A DNA stretch of 64,000 bases from Eledone cirrhosa. Its lineage: Eukaryota. Shown here piece by piece: positions 28,263 to 42,327 of the stretch (position 1 is the stretch's first letter; each line of letters opens with the position of its first letter). The DNA is taken from NCBI GenBank assembly GCA_964016885.1, contig OZ024742.1, positions 338,830,001 through 338,894,000 on the forward strand. Reading direction: 5' to 3'. Under the pieces are notes generated by a model that was not told the origin of the DNA, made no database searches, and saw only the letters and a program-made list of their open reading frames with translations. Made by a program: the position numbers and the translations under genes.

Positions 28263-29151
28263 GTTTGTTCAAACAATCCTAGTATTTTATTGGCCTTTAT
28301 TTCATTCCACTGAAGAAATTCAATACTAATTCAACCTCAACTGAATTTGAACTCAGGCTTACTTCGCAGTATAGTTTAGCCAAAACACTGCCCCGCCTTA
28401 GGTATAGAGCCAGCCACCTTTCCCCTTCTCCCTCTCTTCCTTTCGTGGCCTAATGATTCTTGCTCTTTCCTTCTTTTTATTCTCATTTATAGTCCTTTCT
28501 TCTACTTTCCTTTGCAGCCAGAACTGCCCTTCTTTATCCCTTCCTCCCCCTTTTCATTACTTCATTTTGTTTTTATCCTTTTTCTTAATATTCCCATCAT
28601 TGTATAATTTCTGTAAAATATAGTTGACATGTTTATAACAGATAACAAAATATTTCCACCATTGTATAACTTCTGTCTGTAAAATATAGTTGACATAATA
28701 TGTTTATGTATAACATATAACAAAATAAAACATTAAAAACTTTTAAAGTTATCTATTTTGTGGGGTGAGATATGAAGCCCAGATTAGTTTAAAATACAAA
28801 TCTGAGAAGGATTTTAAATATGAAGCATTACTGGATATAATTAATCGCAGGAAGTCATTTTAGTATGACGCAAATAATAGTGAACTGCTCATATATTTAA
28901 TAAGAAGAGAAAAAGGAAAGAAAACTAAAGAATGAAATAAAGAACCTCTATAAATAATGTCAATAAAATAATTAAACGAAAATTTGACTGTGCTAAAAAT
29001 CTAAATTTAGCTTAAATTTAGCTTTAAAAATAGAACTTTGGTTATTCATGCATGGCTAGCTAAACAGAACTGTCTTTTGAAGTTAGCTTAGTAGTAAAAG
29101 ATCTCATAAAATGTTATAAACGACAACAACAACAACAACAACAACAATAAC

Positions 29152-29186
<35 letters not shown>

Positions 29187-29464
29187 TTTCATTTATTGGC
29201 CACAAGGGCCGACATATAGGGGACAATACAAAAGACTGGGACAGTGGGGTTTTACAGAAAAATCGAGTAAACAATATGAATAACAATAACAAAGTAACAA
29301 TAACAAAGTAACAATAAAGTAACAAGAAAATTACAACAAGAAAAAATTCCCCAATAGGGGGGATGACCACCTAGGGTTCGCTCAGGTACCCCACCAGTCC
29401 TGAACGAGCCGACGCTTCGAGAGCACCCTGGAAGGGCACCCCTCTCCTCCTCAAATTTACCTAC

Positions 29465-32400
29465 CTACAGCCGCATGACCAGAGTAGGCCCACTCACACG
29501 GGCCATTCTCGCCACATTCACCCACCTTTCAGCAAATGTACTGGGGGGCAGCACTTCTCTCTCCACCCTCACCTTCCTTTCCAAGTGAAACTTGAAAAAG
29601 TTGATGAGGGATTGGCCGAAGAGAAAAGTGTCTGTCTTCAGTCCTTTCAACCTCGTCCACCATACAACCTCTTTCGCTACTGCCACCAAACAGAGGAAAA
29701 TTGCCTGCTCTTCCTGGCCAAAAGAAGGCGGTGGGTCGATCTTCACTATGGACTCGGCCGATACCCGGATCCGTTCTACACGCGACAACAGCTGTTCAAC
29801 ATAACTCCACAAGTCAGTAATGCACGGACACTGGACGAGTGCGTGCAGAACGGTTTCGTCGCTCTGCGCGCATCTCGGGCAGGTCCGTCTGACAGCACTT
29901 CCGTGCTTGTAGAGTTTATCTCGAACCGGCAGTGCCCCCCGGTAACACTGCCAAGCGAGGGATTTTTGGAAATTATCCATCGTCCCCGGCTCGAAAGTCC
30001 TCCGGTACAGACTGGTTAGTTCGACTTTGTTGACTCCCAGAGCCTCTCCGAATGCGTCGTCGCACTTGCCCACCACTAATCCACTATAGAGCTCGAGAGT
30101 GGAAGTTCCACTGACCGCATTGCCCGCCTGGTAGAGGGCAGTGAGTGCCTGGCAACATTCCAGATGCCAGTCACCCAGTCTCGGTCTCTTCTTGACCCAG
30201 GATTGCAGCTCAGTCAAAGAAACGAGCTGCGGAAAGGCCCGTCTGACAAACGGCGACCACACCTGTTCACCGTTTAGGCAGAATATCTGGAGATGCCGCA
30301 GCCTCAGCGCGTGCCTGCACATTATTAGCCACGGCATGCCCAGCCCTCCACGTAGAGGATGCTGGCAGAAGATGGACCGGGGGCAAGGGACGACGGTCAG
30401 ACGGTAGTAGATGACGGACGCGATGTACGCGTTCGCCACCTCCGCCCGACCTTTCAGTGATAGCTTCATCCCAGCCCATTTCTGGGTGAGACTGGTTACC
30501 CTGCCCGTCACCTCGCACCAATTCTTATCCACCTGGAGGTCTGGCCCGAACCAAACCCCTAGCAACTTTACCGGTCCGTCCGTCCAGCGCCTAACGACGC
30601 TGTTGGACGGCATGGACTTGCCTCTCCAGGTGCCGAGTTGCAAGCCCACCGACTTTTCCGGGTTAAGTTTTGCTCCCGTCAACCTTTCATATTCCTCCAA
30701 TAAGTTGCCGATCACCTCGATTTCTGAGGTGTCCGATACCATCACGGTGATGTCCGCATAAGCCGACACAGCCTTTCCGCGTCCCGGTTCGAGCGGGATG
30801 CCCTGCAACAGCTCCAGCTTCCGCAGTAAAGGCTCGAGGTCAATACGTACAGAAGGGAGGAGAGAGGGAACCCTTGACGGACCGATCGGGAGACCTGAAA
30901 CGGTTCCGAGAGGTGGCCATTCATTTTGACCGTCGAGCAGGTGCCGCTGTGCATTGCAGCGATCCAGCTTCTAAAGACGGGGCCGAAGCCAGCTGCCTTG
31001 AGGACAGCCTCCAGGTACCGATGGTCGACCCTATCGAATGCTTTTGATTGATCTAAATTGATCAGAGCGCCACCGAAGCCAGGTTTACACCCGACCCTCT
31101 ATATGATGTATTGCATTAGGTGGAGGTTGTCGTGTATGGACCTGGTTGGGATTGCGCAAGTTTGCGCCGCCCCAACCAAATCCCCGACGACAAGCGCCAA
31201 CCTCTTCGCTAACACCCTGGCCAAAATCTTAAACTCTGTATTGAGTAGAGTTATGGGCTTGAAATTGTCTAATGTGTCCCTCTTGTTCTCGTCTTTCCTT
31301 ATCAGCGTCACTACGCCCGGCTCACAGAACTGGGAATACTCCCGTTTTGCTGCCAGTTGCAATAGAGGGCTTCGAGGATATTGGAGAACAAGTCTGGCAT
31401 ATTTACGTAAAGCTCGTAGGGAAGACCATCCAAACCGGGTGACTTGCGCCTCATGCAGCCTACAAGGGCATCCTGAATCTCGGCTGAAGTAATTGGCCTT
31501 TCGCAGCGCCCAGCGTCAGCCGTCGAGAGTTGCGGCAAGCCATCGAGGTAGGGACTGAAGTCCGCCACTATCTCTGACCCGCCACTTCCCCCGAAGAATC
31601 GAGCAAAATGTTGGCGAAAGGCCTCACACATCCTCTTGGAATGGCTCAGCTCGTGTCCGTCTCGGTCCGTCAAAGACCGAATCGTGGTTTTATTACCACG
31701 CTGCGCCTCTGCCACGCGGGCCCATCGAACAGCTTTGGTTCCCTCGTTTCTCAGAGCACGCGCCTTAGCTCTGACAATGCAACCTTCGTGTTTCGCATTG
31801 AAGAAATGGTCTAATGCCATTCTCGCCGCTAGCACATCAGTTGCAATGCCACTACCAATAGCCTCGTCTAACTTATCTACCAACTCTCCCTCCTTTCTAT
31901 TTTTCTCTAACGCTACTTCTTTGTTAAACTCTATCGACATTACTCTAATCTCTCTTTTGAGAGCCCCCCACCATCTATTGTTGATGATTCCCTCTGTCAA
32001 CTTTTTCTTAACTAAATTGTTGACCTGGTCCCTGTAAGCCTTACGTGCCGGAAATGACATGTTTAGCTTCCAGTAACCAGGTCCTAACCTACGCGTCTTA
32101 TCTAGGTCGACCATACAGATCACAAACTTGTGATCTGAATAGGCGACCGTTTCAAAACGTGGACAGCTTACACTATTTCTGTCTATTTTCCTAATGAATA
32201 TCCTGTCTATATACGATCTAGATGACCCTATGCGGTTAGCCCAGGTCCACACAGGCGCATTAGGGAAATCTAGTCGATACCTGTCAGACAGTTGGAACTG
32301 GCTGATCAGGTTCTTGAGGCTTTTGCACCCCCCGCTCCTATCGGATACTCACACACAGTCCCAGCGTGCGTCTAAGATGCCGTTCCAGTCCCCCGCTAAC

Positions 32401-32790
32401 AGTAAAGGGCGAGACGTACCCCAAAAGGCTTCCAGGCGTCAAAAGAAGTCCGGCCGTCCTGCCCCAGTAGGAGCATAGACGGCCACCAGTCTAAAGGCAC
32501 CACCTTCGTTATTGTTCACGTCCAGGACCATCGAAGATCGACCTTACCTCGAGATTCAGGCCTTTCCTAAACAGCACTGCCACCCCGCCTCCCATTCCCG
32601 GCCTGCTAACAGATGCAAAGATCTGATAGTCGTCGAAAATGGGGGCTAGTGCGCGCGTGTCGGAAATCCTGGTCTCGCTGACGACAATTACATCCATTTC
32701 TATAGACCTGAGGTCGTTGAGCAAGTGACCCTGCTTCCAGGACGATCCCAGGCCTCGAACATTTAAACATCCTACTCTTAATACGGCCAT
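29465..32790 (-). pseudogene. LINE A ORF2 (AP endonuclease, reverse transcriptase, C-terminal zinc finger), frameshifted
   Basis: LNVRGL, SETR, SYIDRIF, SDHK, KSPGLDG, PITLLN, RQG, AYAD, CPRC..ETVLHALVQC across several frames. Confidence 0.92.
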
Positions 32791-32825
32791 ATTGACAGGT
32801 TAAAAAGAGAGAGAGGAAGGCTTAC

Positions 32826-34778
32826 TTACCTTCCGGGCTCTTGTGAAGGTCGGGTTTTTCGACCTCCATAGTTGGTGGGGTTTCTTTTGGGAACCCCTTT
32901 AAAAGTCTTGAAGTGGGTTTTACGTTCGGGGTTCCCACGTCCCGAATCGAGCGACATTCGCACCAGAACCAAATCTTCCGGCACGCGAAATGTGCTCGAT
33001 TTAAAAATTTCCCCCTCTTTTTTTATATTTTCACTTCGTGCTACGAGGGCCATCAGTTCCTTGTTGGCCCTCCTGACGAGCACGAAGTTTTGTATGTTTT
33101 GTTGGTGTGATTTTATTTGTTTGCGTGGCTGTGGTGGTGATGGTTTTGGTGGTGTTGTTTCGGTTGTATCTGTGTTTGTTGTGAGGGCGGTGTCTGTGGT
33201 TTCAGATGTTTGTGTGTATATTTGTTCTTCCGTCTGTTTAGGTTGTTTGCATTTGGGGGATTCTGGTGATGGTGATGGTGGTGTTGATGTTGGTGTTATT
33301 GGAGAGATGTTTGCGTGGGTGGTGTCTGCGTTTTTTATTGTGGGTGATTTTGTGCTTTGTTGAGTTTTTTTTTTCTTTTTGTGTTTCCATTTTTGTATTT
33401 TGGGGGATTTTGGTTTTCCCTCATCTTCACTACTGGTAGATGAGGGGTCTGTGTCTGTAAGTGTGTCTGTATGTATGTTTATGGTTTTATTGGTGTGTGT
33501 ATTTTTTGGGGGAGGGGGAATTTGACAGCTTTCCTCGTTTCCCCCCTGGGTGGTCAATGTTGGTGGTGGTCTTTCTATTGGTGTTGTTGTTGGTGGTTTT
33601 GCCGGTGCTGGTATTGGTTGTAGTCCTCGCCCCGGCGTCCGCAGCAGTGGAGCCTTTCGACCCCTTGCCTCTTTTAGAAGTTGAGGGCAGAAGGCTCGCA
33701 AATGGGTTTTTTCCCCACAAACAAAACACTGCGGCCTTTTGCCTTCGGTCATAATGTGAATGACCGTCCCATTCTGAAGGCGGATGTGGTCCGGGATTGT
33801 CTTCACATTCTCGGGCCTGATCTGGAGAAGGATATCCAGGTCAACCCCAGACCAGTCCTCTCTGGCCGTTCTGGTCACTTCTATAGGGACGGTATCCGTC
33901 CCCTCCACAATCACACATCCCAGAAGCCACCACATGTCAAGTCCTGGTGGGATTCTGGGAATGCGGAGACGGGCCGTTCTTTTTCCCATGTGGGAGGGGT
34001 ACATTATGACCTTGCTGGTTTTACAAGGAGTCATAGCGTGTTTCATAGCGAGGGCTTCTGATTTGTACAACACCGAAATGGTGCCGTACTGTCTGCCCCT
34101 CTCTATGTATTCGGTGTCTTCTCTGATGCACCTCAGCGTGACTTCGACATCTTCTTGTCGGATTAAAGCCGCCCTTTTGGTTTGTGCTGAGATGCATCTA
34201 TAATGCACCTTTCTGCGCTCCACTGCCTCAATAGCTTCTACCGGGACAGTTAAGTTGGCCCAGGTTTGCTCTTGCTTGATGAGCTTCCATGCCTGGGCCA
34301 ACTTTTCATCTTTGTTTGAGAGGTCCATGTTGAAGAATGGCTTCTTTTTTGCTGCTGCCGCAGCGAAAGTGTTCTTCTTATTTTCGTTGGGGGTGTTTTT
34401 GTCGTTGTCGTTGTTATTGTTGGTGTTGTTGTTAGCACTGTCGCTGTTATAATTGTTGTCTTTGTTGCCACCGTTGTTCTCGGTGAAGTTGGTATTGTTG
34501 CTGTTGGTGTTGTCGCTATTTGTTTTCATGTTAGTGGTGTTGATATTGTTGTTGTATTTGTTATTTTTTTTTTTGTTATCTGTATTTTCGTTGTCGCTGT
34601 TACTATCATTTTTTTAAAAATTAGAGTTCTCATTGGTATCATTGGTGTCTTTGTTTACATTATTTGTGGTGGTGTTTGTGTTATCAATTTGTGTTAATTT
34701 CGCTGTAGCGCTCCTCTCAACTTCTACGTCGTTGTCGCACTACAGCAGACATATCGCTGGGGGGCGTGGCTCAGCCAT
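32826..34778 (-). pseudogene. LINE A ORF1 (gag-like, zinc knuckle)
   Basis: CFVCGEKTHLRAFC; Asn-rich N-terminus; ATG at 34778 is in frame but followed by TAG at codon 13. Confidence 0.8.
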
Positions 34779-34983
34779 GTTTTTTTTTCTCCGTAAATGT
34801 TTTAACATGTAAAAAAAATTCAAATATTTGGGCTAAAAGGCCCAAATATTATACTTTCTCCTTCACAGGGCAAAGTCTAAGGGCTTATATCCCTTACACA
34901 ACAAGAAATATTTAACAACAAATAATTTTAACAGGCAAATAAAGCGACTTACTGGGAGCGAGCAAAATACGTCCGCTTAGACC

Positions 34984-35059
<76 letters not shown>

Positions 35060-35315
35060 TTTTCTTTATTAACCACAAGGGTTCACATAAAGTAGACATT
35101 AAGGACAGTGCAGAACAATACAGGACGGTACAAATGGGCATTTCTGCGTGTAAAAAACAAAAACAGAGGATGTAACAAAAAAATAACAATGAAATATTCC
35201 CCAATAGGGGGGGGGGGGGGACTTCGGAGGGACATTTGTGGAGAAAGCCCAGTAAAAGGCCACAGTGACCCTGACCACCAAGGCAAGTGCCCTCTCCCAG
35301 TTTTCCACCTTTAAT

Positions 35316-38300
35316 TTACAGAAACGTACTCAGAGTAGGCCCATTCACTCGGGCCATTCTTGCTTCTCTCACCCATCTTTCAACAAAATGCTGGGAAGAG
35401 AGCACTTCCCTCTCTACTCTGATTTTCCTTTTCAAATGAAATTTGAAAAAGTCAATCAGGGCATCACTGAAGAGGTAAGTGCTCGTCTTCAACCCTTTCA
35501 AACGTGTCCACTATACTATCTCTTTCGCTATGGCCACCAGACAGATAAAAACTGCCTGCCCTTCCCTGCTAAAGGAAGAGGGCGGGACAATCCTCACGAT
35601 GGACTCAGATGATAGCCGGATCCGTCCTACACGCGACAGCAGGTGTTCGACATAAACCCATAAGTCAGCAATTTTCGGACACTGGACGAGTGCGTGCAGG
35701 ACGGTTTCGTCGCCCTGCGCGCATCTCGGACATGCCCGGCTGACGGCACCTCCATGCCTGTAGAGTGTATCCCGAACTGGCAAAGCTCCTCGGTAGTACT
35801 GCCAGGCCAGAGATTTCTGGAAGTTGTCCATAGGTCCCGGCCCTAAAGTTCTTCCGAAGAGATTGGCTAGTTGATTTTCGTCGACGCCTAGAGTTTCCCC
35901 AAGTACGTCGTCGCTCTTCCCCTCCACTAATCCTCTATAGAACGCCGAGGTGGAGTTTCCACCGATCACATTGCCCGATTGGTCGAGGGCTGTGAGAGCC
36001 TGAAGACATTCCAGTCTCCAGGCGCTCCCTCTCGGTCTTCGCTTGACCCAGGACTGCAGCTCCGTCAAGGAAACGAGCTGGGGAAATACGTGTCTAGCAA
36101 ACGGCGACCACACCTGATCACCGTCGAGGAAGAGGTGGAGATGTCGTAGCCTGAGCGCGTGTCTGCGCATCATCAGCCACGGCATTCCCAGCCCTCCACG
36201 TAGCGGGTGTTGACAGCAGGTGGACCGCCTGACCATCGGAGCGCGTCCCTTCACAAAAAGCGAAAGAGCAAACGCTCCAGCGCAGTGAGGCGGGGCTTAG
36301 GACAAGGTACGACGGTCAGGCGGTAGCAGATAACAGACGCGATGTACGCGTTAGCCACCTCCGCTCGTCCTTTCAGGGATAGCTTCCTCTCCGCCAATTT
36401 CTGGGTGAGAGAAGCCACCCTGTTCGTCACTTCGTCCCAGTTTTTGTCCGTCTGGAGGTCCGGACCGAACTAGACCCTAGCAATTTAACCGGTCCGTCCG
36501 TCCAGCGTCCGACGACGCTGTTGGACGGCATGGACCTGCCTCTCCAGGTGCCGAGCTGCAGGCCCACTGATCTTTCCTGGTTGATCATTGCTCCTGTCAC
36601 CGCTTCGTATTCTCTTAGTGTAGTGCCGATCGCCTCGATGTGTTTGGCGTTCGACACCACTACGGTGACATCGTCGGCATATGCTGACACGGAGCTTCCG
36701 CATCCTAGTTCGCGCGGGACGCCCCTCAACGTCTCCAGTTTGTGCAGTAATGACTCGAGAGTCAATACGTACAAGAGGGACGAGAGGGGACATCCTTGGC
36801 GGACCGAGCGCATGATGTTGAACGGTTCCGAAAGGTGACCGTTCACTCTCACCACAGAGCAGATGTCACTGTGCATGGCAGCGATCCAGCCTCTGAAGAC
36901 GGGCCCAAAGCCAGCCGCCCTCAGGACTGCCGCTAGGTAACGATGGTCGACCCTATCGAAAGCTTTCGACTGATCTAAATTGATCAAGGACCCACCGTGC
37001 CAGGTTCCCTAGCTACCCTCTCTACGATGTATCGCATGAGGTGGAGGTTGTCGTGGATAGATCTGTCGGGAATGGCGCATGTCTGCGCCTCTCCCACCAG
37101 ACCACCAACGACAAGCGCCAACCTCTTTGCTAGCACCTTGGCCAAAATCTTGAACTCTGTGTTTAGCAGAGTTATGGGCCTGAAATTATCTATGTCATCC
37201 CCCTTGTTCGGATCCTTTCTCAGCAGTGCCACCGCTCCTCGGCTCACAGAACTGGGAATTCTCCCGTTCTGTTGCCAGTTGCAGTAGACGTCCGCCAAGA
37301 GGCCTCCGACCAAGTCTGGCATCTGTACGTAAAGTTCACAGGGCAGACCATCCAAACCAGGCGATTTACCCTTTGTGCAGCCAGTCATTGCCTCCCTTAC
37401 TTCAGCGGCTGTTATGGGCTTTTCGCAACACTCCGCCTCAGTGGCCGAGAGCCGCGGCAGTCCGTCGAGGTAGACACTAAAGTCCATCCCTCGATCTGGC
37501 CCACCGCTGCCCCCGAACAGCTGAGCGAAGTGTCGCTGAAAAGCTTCACACATTTGCCCGGGATCGAGTAGCATGCGCCCGTCGTGGTCCACCAAAGACC
37601 GGATCGTGGCTTTGTTTCCACGACGCGCCTCCGCCACTCGGGCCCATTGAACGGCTTTCGTCCCCTCGTGTCTGAGAGCACGCACCCTAGCTCTGACAAC
37701 GCAGCCTTCGTGCTTTGCATTGAAGAATTGGTCAAGGGTCAATTTCGCCGCAAGCACGTCGGTCGCGATGCCTTTGCTAAGCGCCTCGTCTAATTTTCTA
37801 ACTAATTCTCCCTCTGCTCTATTTTTCTCTATTGCTAAAGCCTTACTAAAGCTAATGGACTCTATTCTAATTGCTCTTTTCAGAGCAAACCACCACTTGT
37901 TGTTGACGATGGCCCCCGTCAACGCTCGTTTAACTAGTTCGCTAATCCAGTCTCTGTAGGCCTTGCGCGCTGGTAAGGACGCGTTTAGCTTCCAGTAGCC
38001 GGGTCCTCGTCTATGAAGCCTATCTAAGTCAAGCACACAGATCACGAATTTGTGGTCCGTGTAGCTGACTATCTTGAATTGTGGACAGCCTATGCTAGAC
38101 CTATCTATTTCCCTACAAAATACTCTATCTAGATATGATCTGGATGACCCTATGCGATTTGTCCAAGTCCACATTGGCACATTCGGGAAATCCAATCGGT
38201 ACCTGTCAGACAGTTCAAAACGCCTGAGCAGGTTGGTGAGGCTCTTGCACCCTCCACCCCTATCCGCTAATCCCACACAGTCCCAGCGTGCATCTAAGAT

Positions 38301-38732
38301 CCCGTTCCAGTCGCCCACAAACACTAAAAGCGGGACGTTCCAAGAAAGGTCTCCAGACGCCGGAAGAAATCAGGCCGCCCTGCTCCTGTCGGGGCATAGA
38401 CGGCCACTAGCCTGAAAGCTTGCCCGTCTCCGCTGGTCACGTATAGCACCACCAACTTACCCTCTGGGTCCTGGAAGATGGCCCGTATGGCGAGATCCAA
38501 ACCTCTCCGAAAAAGCACAGCAACTCCTCCCCCTGATCCAGGACGGCTGGGAGATGCGTACACATCGTAGCCGCCGAAGATCGGTGCGAAGGCCCGTGCT
38601 TCGGAGATTCTGGTCTCGCTGATGGCCACTACATTATATGTTTAGTGACCTGAGGTCGTTGAGCAGGTGACGCTGCTTCCATGACGACCCCAAGCCACGC
38701 GCATTTATGCTGCCTATTCTAAGTGAGGTCAT
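35316..38732 (-). pseudogene. LINE B ORF2 (APE-RT-zinc finger), disrupted
   Basis: SINARG, GDWN, YLDRVF, TDHK, LDQSKAFDRV, RQGCPLS, YADD, CPRC..HALVQC. Confidence 0.93.
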
Positions 38733-38767
38733 GTTTAAAATAGAGTGGAAAAGATGGGAAAGACCAC

Positions 38768-40893
38768 TTACCGTACTTTTCGTAGAGGAAGGATGGTTTC
38801 TCCATCCCTTTTCACTTGATCGTCTGGTGAAGGGACCGTTGAATCGTCCCTTCGGCTGGTCGTCGGCTCTTCTATGAGTATGTCCGAATATACTCTCCGG
38901 TTGAGAGTCCCTCCTAGGTCTCTGAAATCACCAACTGCGTTGGGGAATTTCGTTTTAATGTTTGTGTATTGTTTCTGTGCTATTTTTAGCAGTCTTAAGT
39001 TCGTTGGGGTTTTGATTGGTGCTGGTATTATGTAGTCATGCTGTGAAATGTCTGTGTGTTCAATTATGTAAGTCATTAGTTTCTTGTGTGTATTTATTGC
39101 CGTGCATTTGTTTTTCTGGGGGTGGGGTGCGGTTCTGCTATTTTCTTGTCGTTGTTGCTAGGTGTGTATGTTTTGTTGTTGTGTTTGCGATGTTGGTGCT
39201 TGTGGTGGTGGTGTTGAAGGTGTTGTTGTTGTTGGCGGTGGGGTTGTCGCCGGTGGTGATGGTGGTGCTAGTGTGGGTGGTGATGGTGTTGGTGGTGTTG
39301 CTGCTGTGAGTCTCTTTGCAGTAGCCTTTACCCTTTTTTCATTACTTTCCTTCCTTTTCGAAGGCGACGATGCGCTGCTTCTGCGTTTGTGCCTTCTTAC
39401 GACCTTTTGCCATCCCTCTCCCACCTCACACTCCATGTCTGATTCTGTGAGGTCGGAGAGGGGTACCAGCTCCACTCTTTCACTTGTTGTTGTTGGTGAT
39501 GTTTGCAGTGGAGTCTCTGTTGCAGCTGCATTTGGTATTGCTGTTGTTGTTGTTAATACTTCCACTGCTGCTGCTGTTTTTGATTTCCGTGGCTTGGGTA
39601 TGGGTGCCACGGACCTATCGTTCCTGGTTGCCGCTTGTCCTGTTGCTGGTAGCCGTGGAGCCGGTTTCGGAAGGAGGGGGGTTTTCTCCTTTCTCAGGGT
39701 CTTCTCGTTGCAGAAGGCCATGAGGTGAGTCTTCGATCCACAGCGAAAGCATTTCGGGCGTTTGCCCTCAACACTTATGGGCAGTTGAGTGCCGTTATCG
39801 AAGTCTATCACATCCGGGATAGCTTCGATGCACTCCTGGTTGGTTTGGATTAACATCTCAATGGAGGTGCCGACCCAATCTTCTCTTACTTTTTTCTGTA
39901 CTTGCAGTACAGTTGTTTTGTCCTCGATTCCGACGAGGACAGACGCGGCCAGGCAAGAAGGGGCCATCCCGGGGGGGGGGGAGGGACGTGGGTCAGTTTG
40001 ACCCTCACAATTTTTTGCTCACAGTAGGAAGGCACCAACACCATTTCCTCGCTCCTTAGGGTCACTAAGGATTGAGCCTTTGCCTCCTGGGGTGTGGCAA
40101 AAAGTACGTCTACGGTGGCATATTTCTTGCCTCGGGTGATGTGCGTTTTCCGCTGCCACACAGACCCTAAGGCTTTTTGTATTTGAGCCTCTGTGGCTCT
40201 TTCAACCCTACGGGATTTTGTGCTTACTGTACGGTACGTGACCGTACAGTGCTGTTGTGTTTCGAAAAACTTTTTGGCTGCCTTGCAGATTGCTCGGTGT
40301 CCGGTTTTCGTCACCATCTTCTTCGCTTCCTCTAATTCCTCATTTCTTATGAGGATGGTTTCCAGGTTCTTTGCGATACCTGCAAACGAGATTGGTTTTT
40401 CTTTGCTGCTGTTGTTGTTGTTGTTTTTGTCGTCAGAGCTGCTGTTACTTTTGTTGTTGCTGCAGGTACTACGACTATTGCTGCCGCCGCTGTTGCTGTG
40501 TTTGTTGTTGTTGTTGCTGCTGCTGCTGCTGTTGTTGTTGCTGTTGCTGCTAATGCTGTTGTTGTTTATGCTGCTGCTGATGCTGTTGCGGCTGCTACTG
40601 TTGTTTTTCTTGTCACTGTTGCTGCTGCTGCTGTTATTACGGCTGCTACTGCTATTATTCCTGACGTCAGACGAATGAAATGGGTTTTCGTATTTCCCGC
40701 ACACCTATTTCGTCGTTGTGGTCGTAGTGGTGGAGAAATCTTGCACGCTTTGCACGTAATTTTTCTTTTCTGGCGTCGCTTGCGAAAGAGAAGGGAGGGA
40801 GAGAGACAATCTTCTCTCTGCTGTAGTGACGATTGAGGAAGAAGAAGACGGAATGAGTGGGAGTGACCTATGAAAATTCTTTTTCGTAGCCAT
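38768..40893 (-). pseudogene. LINE B ORF1, disrupted
   Basis: CFRCGSKTHLMAFC knuckle; Ser/Asn-rich N-terminus; frameshift at the G-run near 39975. Confidence 0.8.
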
Positions 40894-41109
40894 GTTTTTT
40901 TTGTTTAAAATAAATATTGGGCACAAAACCCCAATAAGCAGTTATTAAACCCCGAAGGGCCAAATAACGGGCAGAAAGAGCCCTCTCATGAGGAGGAGGA
41001 GGGTGTTTTTGTCTACAATTTGGTTAAAGTTTTAAACAATTTACAATTGTTCTAGCGGTCAAAATTTACAATACCTTACAGAGCCGAGCCTCCGTCAACC
41101 ATAGCATTC

Positions 41110-41164
<55 letters not shown>

Positions 41165-41165
<1 letters not shown>

Positions 41166-41970
41166 GAAAACTGAATTTAGAGATCCACAGACATGGAACT
41201 GGTTGAGAAGAGGAGACCTCAAAAAGGCTACAGAAGGAATGCTAATGGCTGCGCAGGAGCAGGCCCTCAAAACGAAGTGGTTGAAGCACCATATTTACAA
41301 GGAGGAGGCTAGCCCACTGTGCAGGATCTGTGGAGAGAGAGAGGAGACTGTGGCTCACATTGTGTCCGAGTGTAAACACCTAGCCCAGACCCACTATAAG
41401 GGCTGGAGACACGATGTGATGGGCAGGGTGATCCACTGGCACCTATGCAAAGTAAACAATTTACCACATTCTGAGAAGTGGTATGAGCATAAGCCAGAGT
41501 CGGTGATAGAAAACGATCAGGTGAAGGTGCTGTGGGATTTTAGGATACAGACGGACAAAAAACTGGAACACAATAGACCTGACCTGGTGGTTGTGGACAA
41601 AGAAAAAAGATCGTGTCTGATTGTGGATGTGGCCTGCCCGTTCGACACGAGAGTGCAAGAGAAGGAGAGGGAGAAAATTAACCGATACCAGGACCTAAAG
41701 TGGGAGGTGAAAAGGATTTGGAACTGCCATGAAGTCAAAGTGATCCCGATTGTCATAGGCGCACTGGGGACTATCTCCAAAAGTTTCCAGGGATGGTTAA
41801 AGAAAATCGGCCCCTTCACGCTTTTTGGAACGCTTCAAAAGGCATGCTTGCTTGGAACAGCAAGAACCCTCCGATACGTCCTGAATATCTGAGGCTGCAG
41901 GTATTGGCTTGATATTCAATCCAACGGACTTTCCAGTTAACCAACATCAATGACTGAGATTCAGGGAATA
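41165..41970 (+). mobile_element. R4/Dong-clade RLE retrotransposon 3' fragment
   Basis: CRICGEREETVAHIVSEC, RHD, RPDLVV, DVACP, K..RY; (TAA)n on both sides. Confidence 0.9.
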
Positions 41971-42004
41971 ACAACAATAATAATAATAATAATAATAATA
42001 ATAA

Positions 42005-42257
42005 TTGGAACTGCCATGAAGTCAAAGTGATCCCGATTGTCATAGGCGCACTGGGGACTATCTCCAAAAGTTTCCAGGGATGGTTAAAGAAAATCGGCCC
42101 CTTCACGCTTTTTGGAACGCTTCAAAAGGCATGCTTGCTTGGAACAGCAAGAACCCTCCGATACGTCCTGAATATCTGAGGCTGCAGGTAGTGGCTTGAT
42201 ATTCAATCCAACGGACTTTCCAGTTAACCAACATCAATGACTGAGATTCAAGGAATA
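42005..42257 (+). mobile_element. R4/Dong extreme 3' fragment
   Basis: Near-identical to 41718-41970; flanked by (TAA)n. Confidence 0.9.
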
Positions 42258-42262
42258 ACAAC

Positions 42263-42327
<65 letters not shown>

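Larger units (their letters stand above)
29185..34983 (-). mobile_element. L1/Tx1-clade LINE A, near full length, decayed
   Basis: ORF1 with CCHC, ORF2 with APE-RT-zinc finger; flanked on both sides by (TAA)n. Confidence 0.93.
35059..41109 (-). mobile_element. L1/Tx1-clade LINE B, near full length, decayed
   Basis: Same architecture as A; (TAA)n on both sides; 3' UTR motif ttccccaataggggg shared with A. Confidence 0.93.
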
